DNA from: Candidatus Micrarchaeota archaeon
Lineage (GTDB): Archaea > Micrarchaeota > Micrarchaeia > Norongarragalinales > SBBD01
Assembly: GCA_041305345.1 (NCBI GenBank)
Contig: JBFYLP010000002.1
Location: 151,480 to 215,479, forward strand
DNA length: 64,000 nucleotides
Direction of reading: 5' to 3'
The notes under the pieces were generated by a model. That model did no database searches. It saw only the letters and a program-made list of their open reading frames with translations, and had not been told where the DNA came from. Both the position numbers and the translations under genes were made by a program. Positions 63,067 through 64,000 of this stretch are shown here, one piece after another. Each line of letters opens with the position of its first letter. Within the stretch, counting starts at the first letter, position 1.

Positions 63067-64000
63067 CTATGCGTCCCCCTTGAGCCTATCGACCACGAAC
63101 TTTCTGCTCTGGACCTCCAAAAAAGGCAATAATTTGGGCCCGCGTTCCTTCCCGATGAAAACAAGGTATGCGGCCTTGAAGAAATCCTGGATGGTGATGG
63201 AATTGCGATCGCAAATTTTCCGAATCTCCTCCTGCTGCTTTTCCGGATCCCTCTCAGCGCTGAAAAAGCCGCCGAATTCAAAGAGCGCATTTTTTTGTGA
63301 TTTTGAGATTTTTTCGAACTCTGAACTCGCCCCTTCAACATTAAGAATGTGAACTTTGACATCGGCTGGCGCATATGAATCGACCCAATTGCTGCAAAGC
63401 AGCAATCGCTGCCTTGCCATTTTTTCCTCGGCTTCCGTTTCAATGTGGCCCATCCTCCTCAAAATTGCGATGCATTGTTCCTCCGTAAATAATTGCGCCA
63501 AATTGGCGCCAAACGAGTAGGAAATCCGGCGAGCATATTCCTTAGGCTTGTTTTCTACTGCGAGGTCGTACATCCTTTTGGTATTTTCCTCCCTATTCTC
63601 GGTGCGCTCCTGCTCCTGCCCGAAATAAACACGCTCTGCTGCGTCGAATTCATCCTCCAAAGCCCATATGCGCGAGAGCTCAAGGTCGCGCTGCTTTTCG
63701 GGCCTTTTTACGTAGAAGAAGGAGAACGCCTCCGGCTCCATGATTTTGAGCATGTCCTGAACGATATGCACATTGCCCCTGCTCGCGCTCATTTTTTCAT
63801 TGTTCACCGTGAAGAACTCGTACACGAACGGGATAGGCGGCTCCAGATGGTAAATCTGTTCCATGATGTCGACGCCCGACTTCCAGCTTCCCTCGTAGTG
63901 GTCCTTTCCAAATGGCTCATACGTGGTATGGAAGATGCCCCAGTTGGCGGGCCATTCGAAGCGCCATTGCAGCTTTCCCTCGCTCCAGTCTACCTCGCCC
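63067..64000 (-). CDS. lysK: lysyl-tRNA synthetase, class I (archaeal LysK), N-terminus outside window
   Basis: KMSASRGNV (KMSKS-type loop) plus an upstream in-frame extension to the window edge, EVDWSEGKLQWRFEWPANWGIFHTTYEPFGKDHYEGS, resembling the class I LysRS motif WPM/A.W...F.E.AGKDH. Confidence 0.65.
   Translation of the reverse strand, partial: GEVDWSEGKLQWRFEWPANWGIFHTTYEPFGKDHYEGSWKSGVDIMEQIYHLEPPIPFVYEFFTVNNEKMSASRGNVHIVQDMLKIMEPEAFSFFYVKRPEKQRDLELSRIWALEDEFDAAERVYFGQEQERTENREENTKRMYDLAVENKPKEYARRISYSFGANLAQLFTEEQCIAILRRMGHIETEAEEKMARQRLLLCSNWVDSYAPADVKVHILNVEGASSEFEKISKSQKNALFEFGGFFSAERDPEKQQEEIRKICDRNSITIQDFFKAAYLVFIGKERGPKLLPFLEVQSRKFVVDRLKGDA

Noticed and set aside
1-64000. CRISPR arrays, integrases, transposases and IS elements
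   Set aside because: No regularly spaced short repeats and no recognisable integrase or transposase motifs in any frame. The only repeats are the tRNA-associated R1/R2 and short operator-like repeats.

Overview
This 64-kb window looks like archaeal chromosomal DNA of roughly 50-55% GC (judged by eye). Archaeal markers include an archaeal-type alanyl-tRNA synthetase, a class I lysyl-tRNA synthetase cut by the window edge, RpoP, and a uL3-uL4-uL23-uL2-uS19-uL22-uS3-uL29-aSUI1 operon. Further markers are intron-containing tRNAs with no encoded CCA, a geranylgeranyl reductase, a presenilin-like protease and Lrp/DtxR/PadR/HTH_10 regulators. The window mixes housekeeping genes with a large accessory and cell-envelope complement: two paralogous MacB-type ABC systems, each coupled to a COG1361-like surface protein; an ABC-2 exporter; a 1378-aa secreted beta-helix/Ig/dockerin protein beside GT-C-like membrane proteins; an extracytoplasmic thioredoxin/DsbA-like set; a minimal [NiFe]-hydrogenase locus; and a 1266-aa DUF4011-SF1 helicase-Vsr/DUF559 (Hhe-like) protein. 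The most unusual observations are a tRNA-Ser(CGA)-like gene whose acceptor 3' strand and T-stem 3' strand lie about 140 nt downstream, implying a T-loop intron or split tRNA, followed by a degenerate duplicate of the 3' piece; and a PEP-synthase/rifampin-phosphotransferase-like enzyme split into a stand-alone ATP-grasp protein, two different swivel-His proteins and a HAD phosphatase. No CRISPR array, transposase or integrase was seen. All calls come from reading the six-frame translations and the DNA directly; no database search was run.
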